A DNA stretch of 64,000 bases from Chrysomallon squamiferum (taxonomy: Eukaryota; Animalia; Mollusca). How positions within the stretch are numbered: position 1 is the first letter of the stretch; each line of letters opens with the position of its first letter. Positions 43,035 through 58,871 of this stretch are shown here, one piece after another. The stretch is taken from assembly GCA_012295275.1 (NCBI GenBank), contig CM022668.1:15004001-15068000 (forward strand), given 5' to 3'. The position numbers were made by a program, and so were the translations under genes. Under the pieces are notes generated by a model. That model ran no database searches, had not been told where the DNA came from, and saw only the letters and a program-made list of their open reading frames with translations.

Positions 43035-45138
43035 GTATAGAATAGATTATCTGTTTAGGTATGCGATTATGTATGAATATGTGTGTTTTCGCAAAAGTTT
43101 GGCCGTCACAATGAAATTAGCAATACCGATTTATCTGGAAACTGGTAAAAAAAACTAAGAACCCACTACAACAAAACACTGAATATTAGTCCCTGTCAGC
43201 AATTTATGTACGTGCTCATCCACACACACCTAGCAACGGATTCCAGAAAAAAAAAAAAAAAAAAAAAATCTGGGTTACGCAGAACAAGATGTTGCTTGAC
43301 GTTAGTGCATTGCTCAAACCCGTCGCCGTACACATTAACCCTTTTACAGTTCAGCACGCAGCTGAAACAGGAATGACGTCATCAGAATGCTGGGATAAGT
43401 CAGCAGTCGTGAAATCAGCAGAATGCTCCTTAACTCGATCTCGTAAGAGCTCATCAGTGAGAACGTCTCCTGAAGCCATCGGTTAGTAAGTTAGGTAATC
43501 CTCGTATTCAGAGTTTTTGTTTTTTGTTAAAAATACGTTACTGCAGATCTGAATCGTGTGCTAATTGCTTTTTTTTTTTTCTTCTGTTCATTCTGGCTTC
43601 ACCTCGTTACCACGCATTCTTGTCCTTTCTTCATGACTACGTTTGCCTGTTTGCTTTGTCTTTGTAAACTGATTTCATTTCTGTCTCATTCTTGTGTGAA
43701 TGGCCGCTACTGTGTACGACATCGCTAATATTCGCTGTGTGTTTTACTGATATATTTTATCTCTTCGGACGTTTATGGGCTGTCTGTCTGTCTACTGTCT
43801 GCTTGTCTGTCTGTTTTTCGTTTTGGCCACGGTGGCGTGACCGCTATGATCCTTGGTCGTGTTTGCCTTATCTTGTTTATGGTGATTTAGAGATTGTACT
43901 GAGTAAAGAAGGTGTTTTCTTTGTTATTTGTTTTGAGAAATACAAACAGTAGTATTCGAGGTAACAGTAGTAATTGTAAAGTAGTAGTAGATGATAACAA
44001 CAACAGTTATGATGATGATGATGATGATGATGATGATAAAAACAGACGAAGGATGAAGTCAGAGTTAGCAGCAATTGAAACAGTAGCGGCAGCTACAACA
44101 GCAACAATAATATATCAGCAAGAAAGAATGTAATAACATTAATAACCGTCACAAAAGCAACAGCTGCAGCAGTAACAACAACAATAATAATTATCTGAAG
44201 AAAAAATAGAAGAAGAAAAAGAAGAAGACAAAATTTAGCAGAAGTTACAAACGTAGAGTTAGAGAGAGAAAAAAATAAATAAATAGAGAGACAGATATGG
44301 ACATTCACACAGACAGACAGAGAGAGAGAGAGATAGACACAGATAGAGAAACAAATAAATAACTCGTAAATTTCTACAGTATCACAATTATTAACGTCAC
44401 TAGCAACAGAAGTATCAACAAAAAAATATCGTTGACTAAAAAAAATACATTTTTGCCTCTAAACTTAAGACGAGGTCCGATGCTATTGGGGTGAAGCATC
44501 TGATACTGTGCTATGAAAAAATTCTGAATCAACTAAATTTAAGACATAAATCTACTTCTTTATCACAGAAGCTGAACATATCTATCTCCCTTAATCCTCC
44601 AGTATAAATCAGTCATTTTTGTTTTTAATACATGGAATTATATATTATGATATACGCACTTAAATTTCGCAAACGTCTTTCAAGACGGGAAGAAATTATG
44701 AAAAAGTGGAATCCTGAGACACGCTGATTTATCCGTCTTTCTGCGATCTGTGTTTTATGTTTTATATTTTCTAAATAATGATGGAATAAACGAGTTGAAA
44801 GAATAAATCAGAGTTAGTGAAGCTAATAAAAAGTTATCACGCTGTTTTTTTTTTTTTTTAAAAAAAAAAAACGTTTAATATCGTTTTATCTTGTATCACT
44901 CTGAAATAAAACAGATATAATTTTCCAACAAGCTTTCTAAAGTGATTATCTTCTAAACTGATTGCCTGAGAAATATTAGTTTGAAATTTAAATTCAGTCA
45001 TATGTTATAAATGGTGTGAAGTGTTGAGAGCTTAAGAACAAATCATTTTGAAGCCATTGCAGTATTTAATAGAAATAAATGCGTAAATAAATAAATAAAA
45101 AATAAGTATTTAATTAATTAAATAAAAAATAAAAAAAA

Positions 45139-45193
<55 letters not shown>

Positions 45194-45530
45194 AGAAGAA
45201 ACAAATAAAAAACGTATACTAAAACGAAACAAATGGCAGCATCTTGGCATTGAGCATTACAAGATTTCTCGAAGCCCCGGGGAACCAATTACACAAATCC
45301 AAAGGCTGCATATGTCAGCAGTTGCTCTACGCCTAAAACAAGAATTCGTGCTAAGAAGCTATTTTTTTCACCTGAAGCAAGCATTAAGTGCCTTCAGTTA
45401 GATGAATTCCTCATTGGCGACATCCGAGCCGCTCCTTGGCATTGCACATACACTCAGCGTTAAACAGCGTACATCAAAGTAACGGTGTACAGTTCCGTGC
45501 CACAAGTATCCAAGAACTGAGGTAACGTAA

Positions 45531-45910
<380 letters not shown>

Positions 45911-46902
45911 TGAGAATGTCATATATAATAACTATCTGCAGAATTAAATATGTTGCCTATGATAAAGAATATAGAACAGATTTCCACATAAATGTATTAT
46001 GAGACAAAACTGATTGGCAATATGATAAATTAGCTGAAACATAAATGTCATATATATATCATTGTAGGTCAGGTACCGCTTACTTCAGCCTAAAAATAAT
46101 AAGAAAATAATAGAAACATTTCTTCAAACACAATACTCAATTTCTTTTCATATAATATCGAAGATATAGTTAAATCTTATTTCTGTCTAAGAAGAAATGG
46201 AAATGTCGACAAAGCCAAACTTTAAATTTTGGACCAGGCATAGCGTACATGAGCCTGACTTGAAATTACCAAGGATATAACAGTCCTGGAAAATCATGAA
46301 CTAACGTTAATATGTGGATGACTGACCATGCATTGCGTATCTTCACCGTGCTTGAACTCAACCAGATACAGCAAGAGTCGAACCACATCTTGTATGAGCT
46401 GTAAATTATGAGTTCAGTGGATCTGTGATTCGGAACAGAAAATGTCAATCACAAAATGTATATCGGATCTTTATCTCGGCAGATTTGATCCTATCAACAT
46501 AATATAGGTCACTAAGCGCGCACGTGTATTTTGATAGGTTCAGCGAAAAGGTGATCGAGTTGAGGTTTTTATTAAACCCACGTGTGATTGGGTTTATGAT
46601 AGCTCGGCAGTGAAGTCTGTGGAAAATGTTTTTAGATTTTCAACCGTTTTGGGTGATGAACTGTTTTAATAGTTGCATTAAAATCTTGTTAAATGCGTTT
46701 TTTAATGGCTGCTTGAAGTAGTACGCATCAACAGTTAACTGAAGATTTTTAATACTTATTAAAATAATAGTAATAGTAGCAATAGTAATAATAATAATAA
46801 TGATGATGATGATATGAATAAACAAGTCAATAAAAAAAATAATTAGATAAATAAATAAATAAAAAATAAATAAAATGTTTAAATACGAAGTATTAAATTC
46901 GA

Positions 46903-46935
<33 letters not shown>

Positions 46936-48103
46936 AAATGCCAAACAGTTTCGAGAAGCAAATAAAATTTCTTCGTGTTAAAAGTAAAACTTGGAAGAAA
47001 AAAAAAAAAAATTCTGATGTTACGTAAACGTTTATGGATTTGCGTGGGCAGTGGCTTTTCAATACTAAAATTATTTTTTTTAATTTTAATTTTATTTTTA
47101 TTTATTTTTTGAAGAGAAGAGAAGAATACAAAACAACATAAAACAGACACGCGTCGTTTTTAACGTTTTAAAATTTTCAGATATCCAGTAAGTGTTTTCT
47201 TAAAAGTCTATTAATATTAAAGCCTCTGGATGTCTCCAGATACAACATCAACACCAGCAGTCTCAATAATATTTAAATTAATATATTAAAAAAACAATGA
47301 ACATTATTAAGTAATTGAAAAAAAAAATAATTTGAAAAATAAATTAAAATAGATTGATATATAGATACATTGATAGATAGATGAATAAATAAATAAATGA
47401 AATTTAAAAGTGACTATACAATGATAAATTTGCACATGAATGAACGAACGCCGAACGGACGAATAAACTAAACGAACGGACAAGAAAAACAGAACGAACG
47501 AGAAAGTCATTCGTACAGTTGGAAAGTTCACTGAGATGTATTCAAAACGGAATTAACCACGAATGTCAGAAAAAAAAAAAAAAAAAAAAAAGAAGAGAGA
47601 AAAATTAACGAATCGTGAACATTAAATAGAAGCATTGAAATGCGAGCCTGTAATTCAATTTGTTTGTGGTTCCAGTGAAAGAACAGCATCATGCTGTCGT
47701 GTTGTCAAACTTGTTAATGTGTTTATTCTCTTCACAGATACCTCCTCATAGGAGAAAGGGAAGTACCAAGGGGAAAAATGAGAATTGAAAACAAACAATT
47801 GTAAAAAAAAAAAAAAAAATAATAATAATATATATAAATAAAAAAAGAAAAATAATAATAAAAATTAAAAAAAGAAGAAGATATAAACAGATTATTTAAA
47901 ATAGTTTTCGAATTTGTTGGTGAATATTATGTAATATGAAATTAAAAAAAATAAAAAAATTAAAAAAATGATGATGTTCATACAGGAAACATAATCGTCA
48001 TCAACATAGACAACATTACCATCACCAACACCGACAACAAAGATATTAACAACAAGAATGATAGTGATAAGAAAGCAACTACTAAATGAATGACTGGATA
48101 TAT

Positions 48104-48142
<39 letters not shown>

Positions 48143-48225
48143 TATAGACATAAAATATATTTGTATGTACATAGCCAAATACAATCTATAAATAACTGAC
48201 ATGATAAGAAAATAAAGAAATAATC

Positions 48226-48291
<66 letters not shown>

Positions 48292-48644
48292 TACAGTAAA
48301 GAGAGAAAAAAGGAAAGCAACGATTAAAATTTAATGATGATGATAATAAAAGAATAATAAAAATTATTATTATTACACTGAAGAAAAAAAAAAAAAGTAA
48401 AACGTAAAAATGGGAACAAAACAGAAGTTCGGACCAGTCTTACCTCTGTGCGTCTCGTGTCTTACTCGTTACATTTACTTGCTGTAAAGTCAGGTGGGAT
48501 ACGTTTCCGGGTACTACAAACCCCATCGAGGTACTCACTCTGAACTACAAACACATGGTCGTATCCGCATACCCCGGTACGAAAAATAGTATCCACTTGG
48601 TTTAGAGAATATCACTGTCGTAGAAGATAGGTTTATGAGAGGAC

Positions 48645-49162
<518 letters not shown>

Positions 49163-50506
49163 GGCAGAGAGCTACGAATAAGATAAAATATTACGAAAAA
49201 GAACTGTTGAAAAAAAAAAAAAGAAAACTAGAAACCACTATCGAAAACACATTCAGTCCACGAATATAAAATCTCCCATTGCTTTTTCAGAGGTGAAGAA
49301 GATTCCCGTATCGCCCAGTGACTCAGTCAATATGGTTATGACTGAAAGAACTGGACGTGTAATTTCTTCTTCATGAGATTCAGTTTTTCTTCTTCTTCTT
49401 CTTTGCTCGCTATAAATTAACGGACTTCATCGCCGAATGGTATCGATATGTGAGAATAAGGAGAGGCTTGTTACGTGTTACACTGTTCTTGTGGACGATA
49501 TCATTTAACAGATAACCACGAGAGAAAGGTTAAGTTAGTGTTCCCGTTAGTTCGAAATATCTGAGTGTGCGGATGTAAGGAGTGTGTGTGTGTGTGTGCG
49601 TGCGTGTATGTGCACTTGGGTGAATAGGTTATATTTGTATAGAAGTACATGTGTGAGTAATGCTAGAATCTAAAAGTAATCGAAGCAAATGAATCAGTGA
49701 CTGAATAAATAAATGAATAAGTCAGAGGATGGATGAATGAATGAGTAAATAAATAAATAAATAAAAACTCAGAACTTTTCTTATTTTGATACCCATGATG
49801 ATAATACTGATGTTATGATGATAGTAATAATAATAACGAAATGAAGAGTTAAGAAAGTAATTAATAACACTGACCTGTATCTATACACGAACAACAGTTA
49901 AGAAGATAGAGAAAATATACAGACATACACGTTATACACACAAAAACAGACGCACACACATACACACAGACAAATACAGATACACACACGTGCCAGAAAG
50001 AATAGAACTATTCATTACCATTACTGTTGCTAGAAAAGTTCCAAGTATAACAGAACAATGCAATGACGTCATACACATTTTTTTAACGCGTAGTATCAGT
50101 CGGCTTTAATATGACGTCACTTTATTATTCCTACTGTTTAGCGAAAATTCCTTTCCCGGCAAAATACACTGAGGAAATTGAAGAATCGTTACAACAGCTT
50201 CAATATACGAGATAAAGAGAATGACCTTGCCATTTCATTCATTTATTTATCGACCCCCCGCCATTGCAAACTCACCAATTATTTTATTTTACTGCTGTTT
50301 CGTGTGAATCCGAATTTTCGCCGTCGCCATTACGTTTGTCGATGCCTTTTGAAGAGAAGGGACAATTTATTTTATTTTCCTTTTTTTATTATTCCTTTTT
50401 TGATTTTTGATTTTTTTTTTGGCTGTTAATAAGCAATCAAACTGCATATAATCTATCTCTCTTAATAAATAAATAAATAAATAAACAAATAATATTTATA
50501 ATAATC

Positions 50507-50563
<57 letters not shown>

Positions 50564-50713
50564 GACAAGAACTAACAAAAAGAACTGAAGACAGAATAGA
50601 AACGTATTACGGTATTTCACGCTTGAATGGATAATTTTTCGCTTATTGCAGTTTTTAATCAACCTGTCATGTTATGTAAAGTTAGTATAGTATATAACAA
50701 TAACAAAGAAAAA

Positions 50714-50715
<2 letters not shown>

Positions 50716-50811
<96 letters not shown>

Positions 50812-50830
50812 GAGAGAGATGAGAGAGAGA
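50716..50830. repeat. (GA)n microsatellite
   Basis: Direct reading. Confidence 0.95.
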
Positions 50831-51118
50831 TGGAATAATAACAACTATAAAATCTGTTTAATATTTTAATTTAATCGAAACAGTTTATGAATGAGAAACC
50901 AATGACTCACAGTGACGTCATCAATAGCTACTTCGTCAGTGATGACTACATCAATGGAATAAACTGAATTAAACTTGTAGACAATCCCTTACTATGAATA
51001 ATTAAAATAAGGTTACAGGCAAAAACAACCAACATTTCCTCAAAAGAAATGAAAGAGAGAATGCATCAACGATTAAGTGAATAAATAAATGAATTAGAAA
51101 AATAAATAAATCGTAATA

Positions 51119-51162
<44 letters not shown>

Positions 51163-52603
51163 CTATTGATGATGATGATGATGATGATGAAGATGATGAT
51201 GATAACTGTAGTGATTGGTGGTTTCGGCAGTGATAAAAGAGAAAGAAACAATTAAAAACGATTATTTCGTAAATTAAATAATAAATAAATAAATAAATAA
51301 ATAAATAAACAAACAAACAAACAAACAAACAAACAAACAAACAAACAAACAAACAAATCAATAAATCAATAGAAGACGAACGATGAAATAAATCGTATAA
51401 TAATTATGATTTACACTTCTCAAAGACCACCCCCCCCTACACACACACACACACATTCTGAGCCCCGAACCTAACTTCGTCACAATTACAGTAAACCGTA
51501 AAAACGTAGCAAAAAAAGAGAAAACCCCAAACAAAACAACAACACAAGAAAGACAACGTCATCCATGTACTGCATATTAAAGAAAAGACAACGAGTAGGC
51601 GGAAACACGAATTAAGAAACAGCTTGTATTTTATAACAAATCTTAAAGCAACAACACTTAAATGCACTGCAATGAATTGGGTTGTATGCATAAACATTTA
51701 TGCAATGGGTTGGAGTGTGTGTTTAAACGGACAACGTTGAACTGGGGGTTGTATGCGTACAGATGAATATTGATGGATTGGGTTGGATTGTGTGTTTAAT
51801 TACGTACGTCTGTAATTATGGGTTTGAACATTTCATTAAATGTGTGCGTTATCTTTTGCAGGTCTCTGCATGTGCTTATAAGGCTTGAAGAGGATTATTT
51901 GCGGATTTGCAGCATGTTTAAAGTTTTATCTTCTCTCGAAGTGCGTGTCTGTATTCAGTTACCGAATTATGTCTGAAGAATTAGCATGTATGCATGTATG
52001 TATGCATGCATGTAATGTATGTATTCATGTAGGTAGTTATGTGTAAAATGTCGATATTAAAAAAAAATAGAAAAAAAAGAAAGAAAAAGAACATATACAC
52101 ATTTAATATCGACGTTTCAAGATATTAAATATATTCATTTCTGTATATGTAAAGACATTACAGGCTTTCAGGTAAAAGATACAATTATATTTACTATTTC
52201 ACTTTTTCTCCTGCCAGTGCTACATCTACCACAACGTCTATTGCTGATAATGATGTACAAATATTCATTTTGTTGTTGTTATTATTATTGCTATTATTAT
52301 TGTCATCATCATTATCATTATCATCATCATCATCATCTTCATTACTATCATCATCATTATCATTTTTACCTATTACTGTAATCTATCTCAAAAGTCATCA
52401 TAAATGTTTGCTCTTTTTATTCTAAATATTTATTTATTTATTTATTTGCTCACTTACTTACCCATATACCTACTTGCTTACCTACTTACTTTTTTTATTT
52501 AATTAATCGATTACTTACTTACTAACTTACTCACTCACTTCTTTCTTTCCTTCCTTCCTTCCTTCCTTTTCCTTCCTTTCTTCCTTCCTTTCTTTCTTCC
52601 TTC

Positions 52604-52637
<34 letters not shown>

Positions 52638-52964
52638 CTCTTTCATTATTTATTTATTTATTTTCTGCACACAGCGCCTTTAAGTCTGAACTCTGTCGAA
52701 ACGCCTGTGCGTATGATTCACACAGTAAAAGTGACAGGAATGTTAATTCTCTTCTCTCTGGTGCTAAAGAGCCAAGCTTGCACATTCACGTAACAATGAG
52801 CCCGTGTAATTGGTAAGCATTTCGCTTTTCTAAATATATATCCTGAGAGGTTGATTTTTTGTGTGTGTGTGTTTTTTTTTTGTCTCATGTTTCATACACA
52901 AGGGAGGCGAGAACATCAAGGGTCAAGTCTTAGCAACGATGAGTCAGTGCGGTAGTATGTAGTG

Positions 52965-53305
52965 CACAGTAGTAGCTGTTGTAGTAACAGTAGCGGTAGT
53001 ATTGGTGGTGGTAGTAGTTGTAGTGTTGATGACAATAGTCGTAGAGGTGATGGTGGTGTTAATAGTGGTGGTAGTAGTTGTAATAGTGGTGGTGGTAGTA
53101 GTTGTAGTTGTGGTGGTGGTGGTAGTAGTAGTTGTGGTTGTCGTCGTGGTAGTAGTAATAGCAGCAGCAGTCGAGGTAATGTTAGTATTAATAGTTTGTA
53201 ACAGTGGTAACAATACCAGTAATATTGGCAGTAGTAGTAGCAATGGTAGTAGTAGTAGATTAATTTCAGTAAAATTTGTATCAAGATAGCAGTAGTAGTA
53301 GTAAC
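52965..53305. repeat. Degenerate (GGT/AGT)n tract
   Basis: Direct reading. Source of the poly-P/T/G/V pseudo-ORFs. Confidence 0.88.
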
Positions 53306-55043
53306 AGAGATAATGTACTAATAAATATGGTACTAATAGAAACAGTGGTACCAACAGCGACATACGTTGATACTGTAGTGGTTGTCGTAACAGAAGTATC
53401 AGCAGTATCTGAATTATGGTATTAGTTTTAGTAATAGTATCAGTAATGTTATATTATGACTATTGTTTTGTTAACTAAAGAACAACACAGTCAGAATAAT
53501 AAGGTAACGTAACATGACATTACACAGCGTAACGTATTTTACCATAAACCCAGAAACAGATTATTTCATTTACAGTCAGGTCTCAACGTTTAAAACTGCA
53601 TAGCTAATACCTACGTACATACCCACGTAAATAAACTAAACGAATAAATAAATAAATAAATAAATAAAAAATCTAAAACGTTCACCTGACGTTTTCGATC
53701 TTCCCGAGGCACAGTCGACGACAACACCCTTGCCGCCATGTTCATCATCATCATCATTTCAGAAAACAAACACGAAATCCACGCCGCGGAAATACAGACA
53801 CGGATTTCTATTGCGGCAACAGAACCCACTGTTAATTGTCGCCGCATCGAAATCCAATATCGGCAGAAATTTTATTTAATAAACAGTGTGTCCGCAAAAA
53901 CCGGTTCAATACGGCAGTTCTCTGTAAAGCTCACAAAAGCTTTGCCGTCAAAGCGAGAGAAGTTCGAGGTTTTGTTTGGGTACGATTCCAGCGTTTACGG
54001 AATCAGGTTCGTGTGACAAACAGGTGTGATGAGGATAATCAAGTAACATGGAGTAGGGTGTGTATAGAACGCTAACGGGTAACTGGTCAGGAACAAATGA
54101 GAAACTGAACAGATGCTAAAGAGGATGATTAAAGATGTGAAATTATGTTTTTTTTTTTTTTTTTATTATTATTATTAAGGTCATTTTGTACTCTTAGTTT
54201 TTTTACATTTAGTTTTTTGTAGTAATGTTGTAGTTGTTGTTGTAGTTGTTGTTGTTGTTGCTTTTTGTTTTTTGTTGTTGTTGTTGTACTTCTTCTTAGT
54301 GTAATGTATTTATTTATTTGTTTGTTTATTTAATAGTTTTTAAAGACGAACCCACGAAACAATTAAAGAAATGAAGCACAATAATGTTGTTGTTGATGAT
54401 GATGATCATGATAACGATGATGATAATAAATAAATAAGAAAATAAATAAATATCATTTATCCATCCCACAATTATTCACTAATTTATTCATTCAACCATC
54501 CATCATCATTCTCATCATCCACCTTCTCGAAACTTCATTCACTCATTTTATAGATTATATAAAAATAATTTAGAATCGCTTATGCATTTGAAATGAATGG
54601 TACGCCGACTTCTAACGTCGTTAATAACGAATTCTTCAATTATCCTGTTCCGGAAACAAAATAATTCTACGAAATCCGCCGGAAAACGGAAGCTTACGAG
54701 CACTTCCGTGCCAGTGATTCCGAAAGGAGTCGAAATGATCCGAAGATGAATACGCCACGCGTCGTCTGTTTTCGCGATTTCTAATTGTTAATAATCAGTT
54801 CGCCATTTTGTATTAGTCATTTGGCACTATGTCAACAGGCTAGTTTTCTTTACATGTTCATCTTCTATTTTTCTTTGCTTTTTTATCTTCTTTTTTTTCT
54901 CTCTTTTCGCTGACGCAAACTGTATTTGTATTTCTACCCTCGGATAATAATTATGACCTGTGTGGTTTCTGGGAGTTGTCATGACAACAAAGGAGATGCG
55001 TCACAGTCTGTCACGTTTGTATATATCGCTTCACAATATTGTA

Positions 55044-55097
<54 letters not shown>

Positions 55098-56345
55098 TAT
55101 AATTATAATTATAATTATAATAATGATGATGAAGATAGCAGCAGCAGCAACAACAACAACATCATCATTATCATCAACAACAGCCACAATACTAGTATTA
55201 CTACTACTACAATTACTAGTAATATTCATAATCTTAATGATAATAATGTAGGCAGTGTTGATAAAATGACGAAGATGAATATATGATGGTAATGATAATA
55301 ATAAGAAATAATAAGAATATAATAATAAAGACAATGGTGATGATGATGATGATAATGATGATGATGATGATGATGATAAATAAAGCAATAAACACTATAC
55401 CCAGTAACATTAATCTGTATCTGGTATAAGTTATCATGACGATGTGACGAAATGGCAATGATGATGTTGATGATCATAATCAAGATGACAATGATGATTA
55501 CCATGCGTACGATTTTTGTCTGGGATGATCAGATGATGAAACTATACTGATAGTCATAACAATGATGATCAAATTTCCCCAACCTTACTCACGACGAAAT
55601 CAGTCATTTTAATCTTCACAAACAAACTCACTAATTTTATCAAAAACGTACTGGGATAAAATTTTCAACGGTTCTGTAAAAACCTAATTATTAAAATACC
55701 ACTGTAACAACACTACAACAAATTTACTTACTAACAACTGTTTTGAATTTGGACTAAGTTTTGCTGAAGCTTGGTCATGATAACACTCAAAATTAAACTG
55801 TGTAACAACAGAACATCCATTAAATGCATCAGCTGAATACAAAAACATTAATAACAAGTTATGCAATATCAATAACACATCAAAACTATCTGTGGCCTTA
55901 ACTAGAGATGTGACATACATCAAATATTTAACCTGTATTTCACCTATTTTCAGAATATTACAGTGAATGATTAAAATAAGTATAATGTTGCAATGAATAG
56001 TTAATGTATTTTTACATGAATAGATGATGCACATCAATGAAGAACACTAATATATTTTCACATATACACGCAGATACGTACACACACACACACACACACA
56101 CAAAATCGCACAAACATATATGAACACACATATATGAAATAAATCCATAAATCTGTATGTTTATTTTAGCTTACATCAGCACTTTTTCAAACAGAATACG
56201 TAATTCGGTGTGTTTAGTTCGCATAGGTTAATTCACATTAAAAGCATCTGGTTTAGTAATGTATGTATCAAACAGATCTTTATCATGATATGCTAAATTG
56301 TGAGGATTTTATCTGAATACACAAAAATATTAAATATTTCTGCTG

Positions 56346-56369
56346 TCAGTCAGTCAGTCTCAGTCTCTG

Positions 56370-56432
<63 letters not shown>

Positions 56433-56439
56433 CAAACAG

Positions 56440-56526
<87 letters not shown>

Positions 56527-56537
56527 GACACAAACAC
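56346..56537. repeat. (TCTCTG)/(TC)n then (CA)n
   Basis: Direct reading. Confidence 0.93.
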
Positions 56538-56637
56538 AAATTACAAAAAACCCAAAGATTAACCAACTTATAAATATTAAAGTTGCTGTTACAAACAGCA
56601 TACAAAAAGCAGGCGGTAAATATTCCAGGTTTGTAAA

Positions 56638-56672
<35 letters not shown>

Positions 56673-57216
56673 AGAAGAAGAAAAAGACATTAAATTAAAT
56701 TACTCTTCAAAGTTAACTCTTCTAATACTCATTTAAATCACCTAATACTTAACAAGCACTTTAATAATACTTAGGAAAAACATGGCAATGCGAGCGGCAC
56801 CACTGGATATTTTTACACCTGAAGTAATTGGAAAAACATTACAACAATTATCATTTCCTTTCTGCATCATGCCTTGGTCTGTGCACACCATTCACTGTTT
56901 TCCAATAACTGGTTGAACGATAGTGAACAAAAAAAGTTAAGGACGATGAAACGAAGATTATATATATATATATATATTTCTTATCTGTTTTATGCTGTAT
57001 AATAACTGTAAGGAACAATAACAACTGTGCAAGCAACGGTTTTCTGTGATATAGATAACCTCTGCTGCTTATTCAATACGAAATAAGAAAATAAAAAAAT
57101 CAGAAAACGTCTTGTACAGATTTTTGAGATAAATAAGTTTTTTTTAAACAACATAAAAGAGAAATACGTGCACACACAACACAGGAGGCAGAAAGGAAAG
57201 TAAAATGCAGAAAAAA

Positions 57217-57380
<164 letters not shown>

Positions 57381-57521
57381 TCAGAAACAGAAAAGGATAA
57401 CGCAAAATAAAACTTACCTAAACATATTCTACACACATATAGCAAACTGATTTTATTACATATGGATATGTTAATTAATTATCTTTATTATGCATTTGCA
57501 CTGTGGTTATTGCACAGAAAA

Positions 57522-57560
<39 letters not shown>

Positions 57561-58536
57561 ACACACACACACAACATAGACACATGTCACAGAGTATAGC
57601 GCAAATACATTAACACTGAAACTGTATCCAAATATTATACGCGGCAATATTATATTACTTTAGTTTTTTTATTTCAAAAAACATCTGGCGTATGCATTTT
57701 TACATTGCGTTACTGCTTCGCCAACTGTTCATAATAATGGGTTAGCGAATATCAGCTTATCTCTTTTTCAGAAATGTGTGTCAGGTAAATTACAGATATA
57801 TAAAACCATCTCTGAACGCAATTTGTAAAATTCAACCAGAATTCCCGTAACAATGAGATATGGTCAATTCCATACACACATGCATTGTACTTCATTGTTC
57901 AGTGTATGGATTTCAGATGTGTACGCTAAAATGGCACACTTATATTAATGTATATCTCAGAGATAACTGACTGCACAATATAAATTAGATAAACTGCACA
58001 GCTCAGTATGTGAGCATAGCATTATATACAGTGTATAACGTACACATAAATAAATGATTCATGGAAATAACACAAATTTGAAAGAATATTAAAAAATTAT
58101 TTTAGTTTAAAATTCAGACAAATATATATATAGATAGATAGATAGATAGATAGATAGATGATAAACAGATAAACAGATAAACAGATAGATAGATGGATGG
58201 ATAGACAGATAGATGGATGGATGGATGTATAGATACAGTGATATACATATAAATATATCATATTACTGCACAGATTTGCAGCAGAATAATTTTTACGTAA
58301 CTACTACATGGACACCGTATAAAATCCAGTGGATATTTACAGATTACTAAATTATAAATCTGGTCCATATATCTTAAGGTTAGTAAGAAACAACAAAATC
58401 ACGTTGCCATGGAATCAAAAAGGTAATTAAATAACGATTGTCAATGTGATTGTGATAAATACAAAATTTGTATCTGTATGTTGTGTTCGTATGTGAATGC
58501 ATGTATGAGGATATAAATAAATAAATAAGTAAATAA

Positions 58537-58591
<55 letters not shown>

Positions 58592-58871
58592 CTGAAGATT
58601 TCACAGAAAAAAGATAAAGTTATAGAACCAGTGCAAAACAGTGTTAAAGTTCACAAACAAAAATCATGATAAATGTTAAAACACTTAGAATAAAGAAGAA
58701 ACGTAATTAAACCGTTGCAAAAATAAAAAAAAAAAAAAAAAAAAGATATGACTCAAAATTCACAACACAAATCAGAATAAATTTAAAAAAAAAAAGAGAA
58801 GATTATCGGTGCAAAAACGACGGTGATATTTTTAAGAAGAAGAAGAAGAAGAAGAATTGAGGCTACATTAC

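Noticed and set aside
52916-53363. Gly/Ser-, Pro/Leu- and Thr-rich ORFs resembling structural or mucin proteins
   Set aside because: All frames are open because of a degenerate GGT/AGT triplet tract.
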